Source: a virus
Strand: one strand, 5' to 3'
Length of the DNA stretch: 63,820 nt
IMG/VR virus record: IMGVR_UViG_3300034760_000013
Coordinates: 1 to 63,820 of that record
The position numbers were made by a program, and so were the translations under genes. Numbering within the stretch: the first letter of the stretch is position 1; every line of letters begins with the position of its first letter. Shown piece by piece: positions 25,142 to 33,231 of this stretch. The notes under the pieces are model-generated. The model did no database searches. It was not told where the DNA came from and saw only the letters and a program-made list of their open reading frames with translations.

Positions 25142-25711
25142 ATGTCTTTGCTCCGCGAATTTCGGGAGGCCGCGGGTCTTTCGCAGGCTCAGCTTGCGGA
25201 AGCTGCAGAAACCTCTCAACCGCAGATTAACCGTCTCGAAACGGGAGTGCGCGTGCTTACCCGTAAATGGGCGCAGCGGCTGGCGGGGCCTCTTGGCATA
25301 TCGTGGCAACAGTTGCAGCCTGACGAACGTCCGGTACGGATCGTTGGCCACGTCAGAGCTGGCGCCGAAGCAATCCTCTACACCGATGGGAGCGGAGACT
25401 TTGGCGAGGCTGAGCGACCCCCTGGAGCTTCGGAGACAACGGTGGCTGTCTCTGTAAAGGGGGACTCAATGCGTGGTGCCGCCGAGGACGGCTGGCTGCT
25501 CTATTACGACGAGCGGCGCGACCCGCCGCCGGAATACGTTGACCCGCGCGCACTTTACGTTTGCGGACTTTACGACGGCCGAGTTGTAGTGAAAAAACTG
25601 CGCGTTGGCTCGAAACAGAACCACTATCACCTGATCTCGACCAGCGGCGAGCCGGAGTTCGACGTGCCAGTGGACTGGGCCGCTCGCGTAACTTGGATTA
25701 AGCCCCTGTAA
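25142..25711 (+). CDS. CI-like repressor: XRE HTH plus LexA/Peptidase_S24 autocleavage domain
   Basis: LSQAQLAEAAETSQPQINRLETG HTH. GDSM Ser and VVKKL Lys motifs. Ala-Gly in the linker. Start chosen at MSLLREF. Confidence 0.85.
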   Translation: MSLLREFREAAGLSQAQLAEAAETSQPQINRLETGVRVLTRKWAQRLAGPLGISWQQLQPDERPVRIVGHVRAGAEAILYTDGSGDFGEAERPPGASETTVAVSVKGDSMRGAAEDGWLLYYDERRDPPPEYVDPRALYVCGLYDGRVVVKKLRVGSKQNHYHLISTSGEPEFDVPVDWAARVTWIKPL

Positions 25712-25715
25712 AAAA

Positions 25716-25730
25716 ATACCAACCCGGTAT
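25716..25730. promoter_or_regulatory. Operator palindrome ATACC-N5-GGTAT (copy 2)
   Basis: ATACCAACCCGGTAT, overlapping the -35 of the rightward promoter. Confidence 0.7.
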
Positions 25731-25758
25731 TGACGGGTCGATACCGGATCGGTATAGC
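25730..25758 (+). promoter_or_regulatory. Candidate rightward early promoter (TTGACG-N17-TATAGC)
   Basis: Read directly. Both flanking operators overlap it. It lies about 35 nt upstream of the first rightward early gene. Confidence 0.55.
25741..25755. promoter_or_regulatory. Operator palindrome ATACC-N5-GGTAT (copy 3)
   Basis: ATACCGGATCGGTAT, spanning the spacer and -10 of the rightward promoter. Confidence 0.7.
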
Positions 25759-25794
25759 TTCCCCCACCCCGCACTGACGGGGATGGAGGGACGC

Positions 25795-25986
25795 ATGAGC
25801 ACCTACCAGGCAGCGCCAGCCGCCCGCGACCGGGCGAAATACCCGTGCATCCTCGACTATTACATCGAGGTCGTGATGCCCGCGTCGGCCGACAAGCTGG
25901 CGGCCCAGTGGCGCGCCGAGGACGCCGCCCGCGGATGGGGCAACAGCCGCGACATCCGCTTCACGGGCAAGGTGGACACCGAATGA
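25795..25986 (+). CDS. Hypothetical early protein
   Basis: GGAGGG RBS 4-5 nt before the ATG at 25795 (alternative ATG at 25783). Confidence 0.55.
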   Translation: MSTYQAAPAARDRAKYPCILDYYIEVVMPASADKLAAQWRAEDAARGWGNSRDIRFTGKVDTE

Positions 25987-26219
25987 TGCCGATCACCGAC
26001 GACCAGCTCGCAGCCGCAAAATACCCGCTGCACCACGCCTACGAGCATGTCGCGATTGCGCCCTGGGTCCAGGAAGGTGTCGACCGCGACTTTCACCTCC
26101 GCCGCGCACTCCGTTCCTTCAGAGAGGCAGCTCACCACCTGGGCTTCGACCTCGTGCCGCTGGCGACCGTGGCGCCGGCCGACTACCCCGGCCAGGACGT
26201 CTTGGAGGCCGCTGAATGA
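25983..26219 (+). CDS. Hypothetical early protein
   Basis: ATGA coupling. 78 aa starting MMPITDDQL. Confidence 0.55.
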   Translation: MMPITDDQLAAAKYPLHHAYEHVAIAPWVQEGVDRDFHLRRALRSFREAAHHLGFDLVPLATVAPADYPGQDVLEAAE

Positions 26220-26569
26220 GCGAGCAGCCTGACCTGTTCGGCACGCCGGAGAAGCCGGCCTCCCAGCTCGAGGCCGACTTCTGGAAGTTCCACGCGGAGA
26301 ACCCGCACGTCTACCGCCTCTTCTGCAAGTTCGCAGCGCGTGTCCTGGCGCGCGGTTACTCGGCGCATTCCGCCCGCGACATCATCCACCGGATTCGCTG
26401 GGAAACCTCGATCGAAACCGGCGACGACGAGTTCAAGATCAACGACCACCACAGCCCTTATTACGGCCGGCTCTGGATGCGTGACCACCCACAACACGAT
26501 GGCTTCTTCCGCACCCGCACCGTCGCGGCAAGCGGTCAGCTACACCGCAAGGGAGATAAAGCAGCGTGA
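26216..26569 (+). CDS. Hypothetical early protein
   Basis: ATGA coupling. 117 aa with coding-like composition. Confidence 0.6.
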   Translation: MSEQPDLFGTPEKPASQLEADFWKFHAENPHVYRLFCKFAARVLARGYSAHSARDIIHRIRWETSIETGDDEFKINDHHSPYYGRLWMRDHPQHDGFFRTRTVAASGQLHRKGDKAA

Positions 26570-27435
26570 GCGCCTCCTACGACTTTTACTTTCGCGCCCT
26601 GCGCGGTGAGCCAGGGATGGTTCACGAGGGCGACCCGCAGCCGGGCTTCTACCGCCGCAAGCGGAAGGGCGGCGCATGGGATCCAGCGGCGATCTTCTGG
26701 CACGATGACAAGCTGGTCTGCGTCATTGCCGGCAGGGTCTATGACGCCGCCGAGCAGTGGACCCGGCTCTACCCAAACCCGATCACGGAGGACGTTTACC
26801 GCGCCGTGGCCGAGGGCGGCGAGCCCTGGCCGGACATAGCCCCGCCCGTGCAGCATGGCAGCAACATGCCGGCCGATCCGGCGGAAGCGCTGCGAATGCA
26901 GCTCGAGGGCGAGGACGCGGAAATCGAGCGTTGGCTCGCAACCAACCCGATCAGGGACGAGGCGGCGGCAAGCCGTGCCGCTGACTGGTCGAAGCGTGTC
27001 GCCGAGCTGGCTGAAACCGCCAAGCGCCACCTGAAGGAAGATCGCAAGCCCTTTGACGAGGGGCTGGCCAAGGTGCGCTCTACCTGGACGCCGCTCGAGG
27101 ACTGGGGCACGCGCCTCAAGAAACGCCTGAAAGAGGCCGTTGAGCCATACCTGAAGGAGAAGGCCCGGCGCGAGGCGCAGGAGCGCGCGGCGGCGCTGGC
27201 CACCGGCGCCCCTGCCGTGCCGAGGGCGCAGAACCCCAACGTCGGGAACACCGGCAAGAAGGTCTCGCTGCGCACTTATCGCACAGCGGTCATCACCGAC
27301 TACGACGCCTTCCTGGCATTCGTGAAGGATTGGGACGAGGTCCGGCAGTTCATGCAGACCCTCGCCGACAGGGCCGCACGCGCAAAGGCTGAGATGCCGG
27401 GCGTGCAAATCAAGGAGGATCAGAAAGCCGCATGA
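26566..27435 (+). CDS. Hypothetical protein upstream of recT
   Basis: GTG start overlaps the previous stop. 289 aa with a central charged helical region. Confidence 0.6.
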   Translation: MSASYDFYFRALRGEPGMVHEGDPQPGFYRRKRKGGAWDPAAIFWHDDKLVCVIAGRVYDAAEQWTRLYPNPITEDVYRAVAEGGEPWPDIAPPVQHGSNMPADPAEALRMQLEGEDAEIERWLATNPIRDEAAASRAADWSKRVAELAETAKRHLKEDRKPFDEGLAKVRSTWTPLEDWGTRLKKRLKEAVEPYLKEKARREAQERAAALATGAPAVPRAQNPNVGNTGKKVSLRTYRTAVITDYDAFLAFVKDWDEVRQFMQTLADRAARAKAEMPGVQIKEDQKAA

Positions 27436-28394
27436 GCCAAACAGCCCACACCGAAGCCGAACCCCGCAACCTGCCTGCCACGCAGGAGGCCGCGCCGCCG
27501 CCGCCGCGCACGATCATGGCCGGCGGCAAACTGATGCCCATCGTCGCGCAGTCCATGTCGGAAGCCTACAGAATGGGTGAGGCCGTCTGCGCCGCTGGCC
27601 TGGCCCCGGCCGGCATGGAATCTCCTGAAGCCTGCATGATCGCGATCATGATGGGCGCGGAGGTGGGACTGACGCCCATGGCTTCCGTGCAGCGGATCGC
27701 CGTCATCAACAAGCGCCCGACCATCTGGGGCGATGCCGCCATCGGCCTCGTTCGAGCCTCTGGCCTGCTTGAGGATTTCGAGGAGACGATCGGCGAGGAG
27801 TCGGCCTCATGCACTGTCCACCGCAGGGGGGAACGGCGCCCGGTCACGCGCACGTTCACGAAGAACGATGCGATCGTCGCCGGCCTCTGGGGCAAGGCAG
27901 GGCCTTGGAAGAACTACCCGAAGCGCATGCTGCAGATGCGAGCGCGCGCCTTTGCCTTGCGCGACGTGTTCCCTGACGTGCTCGGGGGCCTCTACATCGC
28001 GGAGGAGCTGCAGGGCGGTGACGACGCCCGTGACGTGACGCCAGCGGCGCCACCCGCGCCCAAAGCGCCGGCTGTGCCGAGGGCACCCTCTGCCGTGGTT
28101 CCCTTCGCCGACCGTCCCAAGCGTGACCGGAAACCCAAGGAGCCGGAAAAGGCCGAGCAGGAACTGCCGATCGAGACGGCCACCGTGGTTGAGCCGGACC
28201 CCCTGCCGTTGATCGACGACTATCCGAAGGCGCTGAAGGAGTGGACGGACTCGTTCGAGCTGGCCGAGACGCCGGAAGACCTGCGCGATTTCTGGTCATC
28301 CGAGGTGCAGCCTTACGTCGACGGAGGGCTCGTCCATGCATCCGACGTCGAGGATCTGGAGCGCGCGTTCAACACGGCGATGGCGAAGCTATGA
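27432..28394 (+). CDS. recT: RecT-family single-strand annealing recombinase
   Basis: GLTPMASVQRIAVINKRPTIWGDA...GPWKNYPKRMLQMRARAFALRDVFPDVLGG is RecT-like. Confidence 0.8.
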   Translation: MSQTAHTEAEPRNLPATQEAAPPPPRTIMAGGKLMPIVAQSMSEAYRMGEAVCAAGLAPAGMESPEACMIAIMMGAEVGLTPMASVQRIAVINKRPTIWGDAAIGLVRASGLLEDFEETIGEESASCTVHRRGERRPVTRTFTKNDAIVAGLWGKAGPWKNYPKRMLQMRARAFALRDVFPDVLGGLYIAEELQGGDDARDVTPAAPPAPKAPAVPRAPSAVVPFADRPKRDRKPKEPEKAEQELPIETATVVEPDPLPLIDDYPKALKEWTDSFELAETPEDLRDFWSSEVQPYVDGGLVHASDVEDLERAFNTAMAKL

Positions 28395-28588
28395 GCACCG
28401 CGCACACCTTCACTGCGGCCGACAAGCTGAAAGCCGTCGAGCGCGAGGTCAGTTGCCGGCACCGGGTCTACGCCCGCCGCGTCTCGGAACGGAAAATGAC
28501 CGCTGCGGCGGCGCAGCACGAGATCGGCGTCATGATGGCGATTGCCGACGACTACCGGGCGATCGAGGAGAAGGAGCGGCTGATATGA
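28391..28588 (+). CDS. Hypothetical small protein
   Basis: ATGA coupling. 65 aa. Confidence 0.5.
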   Translation: MSTAHTFTAADKLKAVEREVSCRHRVYARRVSERKMTAAAAQHEIGVMMAIADDYRAIEEKERLI

Positions 28589-28848
28589 GCATCCCTGGGT
28601 ATGACGCCTGGAAGCTGGCCACACCGCCCGAATACGAGTGGCCTGACGACCTCTGCGAGGACTGCGGCGGCGCTGGCATCCTAGAGCAGGAATGCACCTG
28701 CGAGGCCAACCCGGAAACCTGCCTGTCGTGCCTGGGCGAGGATCCTCCCTGCCGCTCCTGCGGCGGCAGTGGTGGCCGGCGGTATGAGGAAGACGGCGAT
28801 GAAATGTACGACCGCAGGCGCGACCGTGCTGTGGACGACCTGCCATGA
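28585..28848 (+). CDS. Cys-rich DnaJ-type zinc-finger protein
   Basis: Contains CEDCGGAG and CRSCGGSG (two CxxCxGxG motifs). Confidence 0.6.
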   Translation: MSIPGYDAWKLATPPEYEWPDDLCEDCGGAGILEQECTCEANPETCLSCLGEDPPCRSCGGSGGRRYEEDGDEMYDRRRDRAVDDLP

Positions 28849-29135
28849 GAGCGCCGGCCCTGTTTCCCCTTTCAGAACTGCGCCTACTCACCCGCGAGGA
28901 GGCGGCCGGCTATCTCAATATCAGCACCACCACGTTCGATGAGAGAGTCAAGGATGGTCGCCTGCCAGGTCCGTTGCTGGAGGACGAGACGCGCAGCGGG
29001 AAGGGCAAACACGGCCGTCGAAAAGGGTACCTGGGGCCGCTTCTCTGGGACAGATGGCTGATCGATCAGAAGATTAGTGACGTATCGCTGCGTCGGCGCA
29101 GCGAAGTGGCTGACGAAATGGCCGATGTCGCGTGA
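28845..29135 (+). CDS. xis: Excisionase / MerR-AlpA-like HTH protein
   Basis: LLTREEAAGYLNISTTTFDERVKDGRLPGP. Immediately upstream of and overlapping the integrase gene. Confidence 0.65.
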   Translation: MRAPALFPLSELRLLTREEAAGYLNISTTTFDERVKDGRLPGPLLEDETRSGKGKHGRRKGYLGPLLWDRWLIDQKISDVSLRRRSEVADEMADVA

Positions 29136-30205
29136 TCGCGCTCAGCCTGAAGCACCTGATTTCCGACAAGGATCGGAAGGGCAACGTGCGCTTCTACGTC
29201 CGCGTCGCGGGCGCAAAGAAGAAGCGCATCCGCGGCGAGCCAGGCAGTCAGGAGTTTATCCAGGACTATACGCGGGCCGTTGCGAGTGCCTTGACCGAGG
29301 CCGGGCGACGCAGCCGGCGCGAGGAAAGCGGCACGGTTGGCTGGCTGGTCGAGCGCTATCTCAAGAGCGGCGATTTTGCCGACCTGGACAAGGGCACGCA
29401 GGACCGGAGGCGACGCATGCTGACTGAGTTCAGCGAAGCCTATGGCGATCGCCGGGCCGAGCGCCCCCGCAAGTTCGTGGTCACGGCCATGGACAAGTGG
29501 AAGGCAGCGCATGGTCCGCACGGCGCCAACAACCGGCTGAAGGCCCTCCGCGGCATGTATGGCTGGGCTGTGCATCAGGAGCTGGTGGATCGAGACTCAA
29601 CGCGCGAGGTCAAGCCGTTCTCGCCGCCGAGTGAGGGCTGGCACACCTGGACGACGGCCGAGATCCGCAAGTTCATGGCCCACTGGCCGCTCGGCTCGGC
29701 GCCGCGCGTCGCCATGACGGTCATGCTCTGCACGGGCACACGCATCTCCGACGCCTACCGGATCGGGCCGCAGCACCTGCGCCAGCAGCACAAGGAGCAG
29801 CGCATCGTGTTCCGGCCAGGCAAGACCGAGGACACCAGCGGCATCGAGGTCAGCATCCCGGTGCTGCCCATGCTCGCAGAGGCGCTCGCAGCCGGGCCGA
29901 CCAGCGACCAGGCCTTTGTGGTGGCCAAGCGCGGCAAGGCATTCAGCTCACCGGAGGCGCTGGGCAATTCATTCAAGCGCTGGTGTGTGGAGGCGGGGCT
30001 ATCGCATTGCTCGGCGCATGGTCTGCGCAAGGGCGGGGCGACGCTCCTGGCCGAGTCTGGCGTGACCAGCTCGCAGCTCATGGCGATCTACGGCTGGACG
30101 AAAATGGAGATGGCCGAGCGCTACACCAGGAAGGCGGATCGTTCCCGATTAGGGAGCGCTCTCAGCGGTGGATTCGGGCTGGAAGAGGAGAGAGGCGATG
30201 AATGA
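29132..30205 (+). CDS. int: Tyrosine integrase
   Basis: TGTRISDAYR..., HGLRKGGATLL (HxxR) and YGWTKMEMAERYTRKADR (catalytic Tyr context). Arm-binding-like N-terminus. Confidence 0.9.
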   Translation: MIALSLKHLISDKDRKGNVRFYVRVAGAKKKRIRGEPGSQEFIQDYTRAVASALTEAGRRSRREESGTVGWLVERYLKSGDFADLDKGTQDRRRRMLTEFSEAYGDRRAERPRKFVVTAMDKWKAAHGPHGANNRLKALRGMYGWAVHQELVDRDSTREVKPFSPPSEGWHTWTTAEIRKFMAHWPLGSAPRVAMTVMLCTGTRISDAYRIGPQHLRQQHKEQRIVFRPGKTEDTSGIEVSIPVLPMLAEALAAGPTSDQAFVVAKRGKAFSSPEALGNSFKRWCVEAGLSHCSAHGLRKGGATLLAESGVTSSQLMAIYGWTKMEMAERYTRKADRSRLGSALSGGFGLEEERGDE

Positions 30206-30614
30206 TGAAGGAATGGAAGAGCGCCGCAGGATCAGAGAAGCCGCCGACAGAGCCGAAAGGAAATCAGCCGTGAAACCTAAGAAGATCATCGAGAGCAATG
30301 TCACCGAAATCTGGGCCGTGGACGAACTGCGAAACTACAGATCACCCAAGATAATGACGCATTACAGGGAGGCGCTAGAACCCGAGGCCCTCTACGCAAT
30401 GGCACTGATCGAGAAATGGGGCTTGGTGATGGGCGCGCCGGCAGGCGAGGACAGCGCAGGCCGCGCTATGGTCGGCCTTATGCCGGTCGAGGATATAGTT
30501 CAGCGCGGGTTTGATGTCGCGCGCCTTGCCTATTCCGAAGCTGGCAAGCGCGGGCTGGTGTTAACGCTCCCGTCCTACGCTGATCTGGCTGAAGCAGGCG
30601 ACGCCGATGGGTAA
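30198..30614 (+). CDS. Hypothetical protein
   Basis: GAGGAGAGAGG RBS upstream of the ATG at 30198. 138 aa. Confidence 0.55.
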   Translation: MNDEGMEERRRIREAADRAERKSAVKPKKIIESNVTEIWAVDELRNYRSPKIMTHYREALEPEALYAMALIEKWGLVMGAPAGEDSAGRAMVGLMPVEDIVQRGFDVARLAYSEAGKRGLVLTLPSYADLAEAGDADG

Positions 30615-31116
30615 CTTTCGGTTTCTACGCCGTGATGTCGACCGTCGTGGGAACCCGCGCTTCTATGTGCGTCGCGCCGGATGGCTCCAGGCACGACTGC
30701 GCCAGCCTTTCGGCACGGAGGAGTTTCGTGCCGAATATGAGGCCGCAGTAGCCGGCCTGATTCCAAAGCCGGAAAGGCCCGGCGACGCCAAATGCTGCGT
30801 GTATGTCGTTGCGGCGGATGAGCAGCCGATCAAGGTCGGCATAGCCATCGATCCGGCCGAACGCCTGAAGCGGCTGCGTAGCGGCAACCCTGCCAGGCTA
30901 CACCTCAAGGCCGTGCTGGAGACCACAAAGGACCGGGCCGTCAGGATCGAGCGGACCCTCAAAGCGTGGATGCGTGACTACCGTCTTTTCGGGGAGTGGT
31001 TTGACGTTCCGAGCGACGAAGCAATAGCCCTTTTGGACCGTGCAGCAGAGCGTTTTGGAGGACGAAAAGTCCCACTCGGTAGTCCCACTTTCAGAGGGGG
31101 CGAAATAGCCCAATGA
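30607..31116 (+). CDS. Integrase-N-terminus-like domain fused to a T5orf172/MUG113 (GIY-YIG-like) domain
   Basis: The N-terminus DRRGNPRFYVRRAG...FGTEEFRAEYEAAVAG parallels the integrase DRKGNVRFYVRVAG...PGSQEFIQDYTRAVAS. The C-terminal VYVVAADEQPIKVGIA..RLKRLRSGNP...GEWF is T5orf172-like. Confidence 0.7.
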   Translation: MGNFRFLRRDVDRRGNPRFYVRRAGWLQARLRQPFGTEEFRAEYEAAVAGLIPKPERPGDAKCCVYVVAADEQPIKVGIAIDPAERLKRLRSGNPARLHLKAVLETTKDRAVRIERTLKAWMRDYRLFGEWFDVPSDEAIALLDRAAERFGGRKVPLGSPTFRGGEIAQ

Positions 31117-31260
31117 AAGCAGCTACTTACAGATTTGATGGTGCCCCTGGCCGGGGCACGACCAATGGGTATTTATACAACAGTAACAGACATTTAGCGG
31201 AAGGGCAACCCAGTCCCACTTTCCGCCATATCCCGCCATATGCCGGGGAAGTGTCCCACT
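31069..31260. other. Candidate attP: four direct GTCCCACT(T) repeats flanking an inverted-repeat core, plus 2 x CCGCCATAT
   Basis: GTCCCACT at 31069, 31082, 31213 and 31253. GTGCCCC-TGGCC-GGGGCAC at 31141-31159. CCGCCATAT at 31223 and 31233. Relatively AT-rich and non-coding, downstream of int. Confidence 0.5.
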
Positions 31261-31279
31261 CCACTTTTGAGGTGGCGTG

Positions 31280-31675
31280 ATGCCGGGGCCGAAAAACTGG
31301 GACGGATTGACCGTCAACGGTCCCAATTTGGAGACGCTCTGTAAGAGGCGCCCGCAGCGGCTTTGGCCGAAGGTTGGGGGCGTTTATTTCGCCGAAACGG
31401 AAGGGCTGGTGAAGATCGGCCTGTCAGCACACATCGCGTTTCGGCTTGAAGATCTCCGCTGCGCCTGCCCATTCGAGATCACTCTCCTGCATTTCGAAAG
31501 GGGCTACGAGCGCAGGGACGAGCGTCGCCTTCATCGGCAGTTCGATGAGTATCGCGTTCGAGGTGAGTGGTTCCGCTGCGAGGGCGAGCTCCTGTCGTTC
31601 CTGGTCGACAGGGGGGCCTACCTGCCGCCCAGGTTTTGGCCGACTAAGAGGCAGCGACTGGCGGTGGTCTTATGA
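31280..31675 (+). CDS. T5orf172/MUG113 (GIY-YIG-like) domain protein, paralogue of 30607..31116
   Basis: GGVYFAETEGLVKIGLS...RLEDLR...HRQFDEYRVRGEWF. GAGGTGG RBS before the ATG at 31280. Confidence 0.65.
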   Translation: MPGPKNWDGLTVNGPNLETLCKRRPQRLWPKVGGVYFAETEGLVKIGLSAHIAFRLEDLRCACPFEITLLHFERGYERRDERRLHRQFDEYRVRGEWFRCEGELLSFLVDRGAYLPPRFWPTKRQRLAVVL

Positions 31676-31855
31676 CGCCCGCTTCCTACGCCCGACCTGC
31701 TTACAGGCCAGCTCCAGAAGCTTCGGATAGGGCATGCGCCGTCCCAGTTCCCAGCCCTGCAGAGTCCGCACGGAAACGCCCAACGCGGCAGCGGCCTGAG
31801 ACTGGCTCAGGCCGTGCTCGCTTCGCCATGCGGCGAGGTGTTCGGAGGGGGTCAT
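31670..31855 (-). CDS. Small XRE-type HTH protein (antitoxin-like)
   Basis: MTPSEHLAAWRSEHGLSQSQAAAALGVSVRTLQGWELGRR. ATGA overlap with the upstream gene. Confidence 0.6.
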   Translation of the reverse strand: MTPSEHLAAWRSEHGLSQSQAAAALGVSVRTLQGWELGRRMPYPKLLELACKQVGRRKRAS

Positions 31856-32088
31856 CAGTCGTTGAAACCATGTGGGAAGACTGTCTGCGGATGGTCGGCA
31901 CACCGGGTGCAAGGCTCGGTGTGGAGGAGGGTGGACTTCTTCACGCGCCGCTCGAGACCGCGACGGGCCACAAAGTAGGTCTTCTCGGTCTCGCGGAGAA
32001 AGATGCCCACGGAAAGGCAAGGGCCAGCCGGGGAGAACTCGCGGACATTGTGCAAAACCAGGCTGCTTGGGATGACGGCCTTTTTCAT
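31855..32088 (-). CDS. Hypothetical 77-aa protein
   Basis: ORF with a Lys-rich start MKKAVIPSS. Middle gene of a 3-gene leftward unit. Confidence 0.5.
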   Translation of the reverse strand: MKKAVIPSSLVLHNVREFSPAGPCLSVGIFLRETEKTYFVARRGLERRVKKSTLLHTEPCTRCADHPQTVFPHGFND

Positions 32089-32100
32089 CTGCGTTCTCCC

Positions 32101-32364
32101 TTAGATCGTGGCGCGGAACCAGCGCGTGCCGTCACCGGAGCTGTCCCGGCGATGCTCCGCGACCTTGCGGCCGCGCCGGTCCTCGATGACGCACCAGTCG
32201 GCCGTGGTGCCGTAAGACTCAGCAAATTTCCGGCACTCGCGGATGGTGGAGAACTCGGCGATGGGGCCACCTGCCCAGGAGGAGCCCCCGACCTCCGCGG
32301 TGTAGGGGCCGCGGCCGCGCTGCGGAACGTGGTGGGTGCCCCTCAATGCTTGCTCATAGGCCAT
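32101..32364 (-). CDS. Hypothetical 87-aa protein
   Basis: Start at MAYEQ with AGGGAGA RBS. First gene after the divergent promoter/operator. Confidence 0.5.
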   Translation of the reverse strand: MAYEQALRGTHHVPQRGRGPYTAEVGGSSWAGGPIAEFSTIRECRKFAESYGTTADWCVIEDRRGRKVAEHRRDSSGDGTRWFRATI

Positions 32365-32394
32365 CTGTGTTCTCCCTTGCTGACAACCGGATAT

Positions 32395-32413
32395 TATACG
32401 CAATCAGCGTATA
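32395..32413. promoter_or_regulatory. Operator-like perfect inverted repeat TATACGC-N5-GCGTATA between divergent genes
   Basis: Read directly. On the minus strand it lies between TTGACT and TAATAT (spacing 16). Confidence 0.6.
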
Positions 32414-32450
32414 GTCAAGCGGGCAATCCAACCGATCACGGAGTTGTGAA

Positions 32451-32657
32451 ATGAAGCTCGGACCCGTCCTGGCGAGCTACCGCCACGCCAACAAAATCAC
32501 CCTCCGCGATCTGTCAGAAGAGATCGGCGTGCCGGTAGCGAGCCTGACTCGCATCGAGCATGGGTACGGCTGCACCAGCGAAAACCTGGGCGTCGTGCTT
32601 GCCTGGCTCCTCACGGAGACCCCGGTTAAGCCCAACTGGGGGATGCCGTCGCGATGA
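32451..32657 (+). CDS. XRE-family HTH regulator
   Basis: ITLRDLSEEIGVPVASLTRIEHG. Confidence 0.7.
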   Translation: MKLGPVLASYRHANKITLRDLSEEIGVPVASLTRIEHGYGCTSENLGVVLAWLLTETPVKPNWGMPSR

Positions 32658-32875
32658 CCGCCGAATGGGTGCTGACCGCCCAGGTCAAGGTGAACAAGCG
32701 CTATACCGTCGAGATAGCTGCAGGACCGGGCGGCATGACGTGCGCATGGTCACCCGACGTGCCGGACCCCAAACGGCTCAGCGCCAGGGCTATGAAGCGC
32801 TACCGGGCCGGCCGCGATGCCCTCCTGGCGCAGGTTGCCGAGCGGATGGGCGGAAAGGTGCTGGTGATCGAATGA
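32654..32875 (+). CDS. Hypothetical protein
   Basis: ATGA coupling. 73 aa. Confidence 0.5.
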   Translation: MTAEWVLTAQVKVNKRYTVEIAAGPGGMTCAWSPDVPDPKRLSARAMKRYRAGRDALLAQVAERMGGKVLVIE

Positions 32876-33231
32876 CGCTCACCAAGCGCCTCGTCCGCGA
32901 GAACAAGGACAGCGGCTACAAGGTCTACGCGCTCGAGCACCGCTGCGAGCATCCCGGCTGCACCCGCTGGGGCGCATTCGGTTTCGGCGTCGATCTGCTG
33001 CGCAAGACAGTCGGCCGCTGGTACTGCCGCGACCATAAGGCCGCCGGCGAACTCATCCCCCTCATCAACCAGGTGAACCCATGGCTCAACGACAATACCG
33101 CGAATACCCCAGCACCAGCGCCCGCGGCCGCTTCGCCATCACCGGCAGAGCCGGACAAGCCAGCATCCTCGCCGGCCCGCCCGCCGGCTTCGATTACGAC
33201 CACCCCAGACCTGTTTTCGCTCACGGGATGA
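32872..33231 (+). CDS. Hypothetical Cys/His-containing protein with Pro/Ala-rich tail
   Basis: ATGA coupling. CEHPGC...WYCRDH suggests a zinc-binding motif. Confidence 0.5.
   Translation: MTLTKRLVRENKDSGYKVYALEHRCEHPGCTRWGAFGFGVDLLRKTVGRWYCRDHKAAGELIPLINQVNPWLNDNTANTPAPAPAAASPSPAEPDKPASSPARPPASITTTPDLFSLTG

Noticed and set aside
31123-31326. 67-aa minus-strand ORF across the candidate attP
   Set aside because: It covers the repeat-rich, AT-richer non-coding region, has an odd Cys/Trp/His-rich translation and no RBS.
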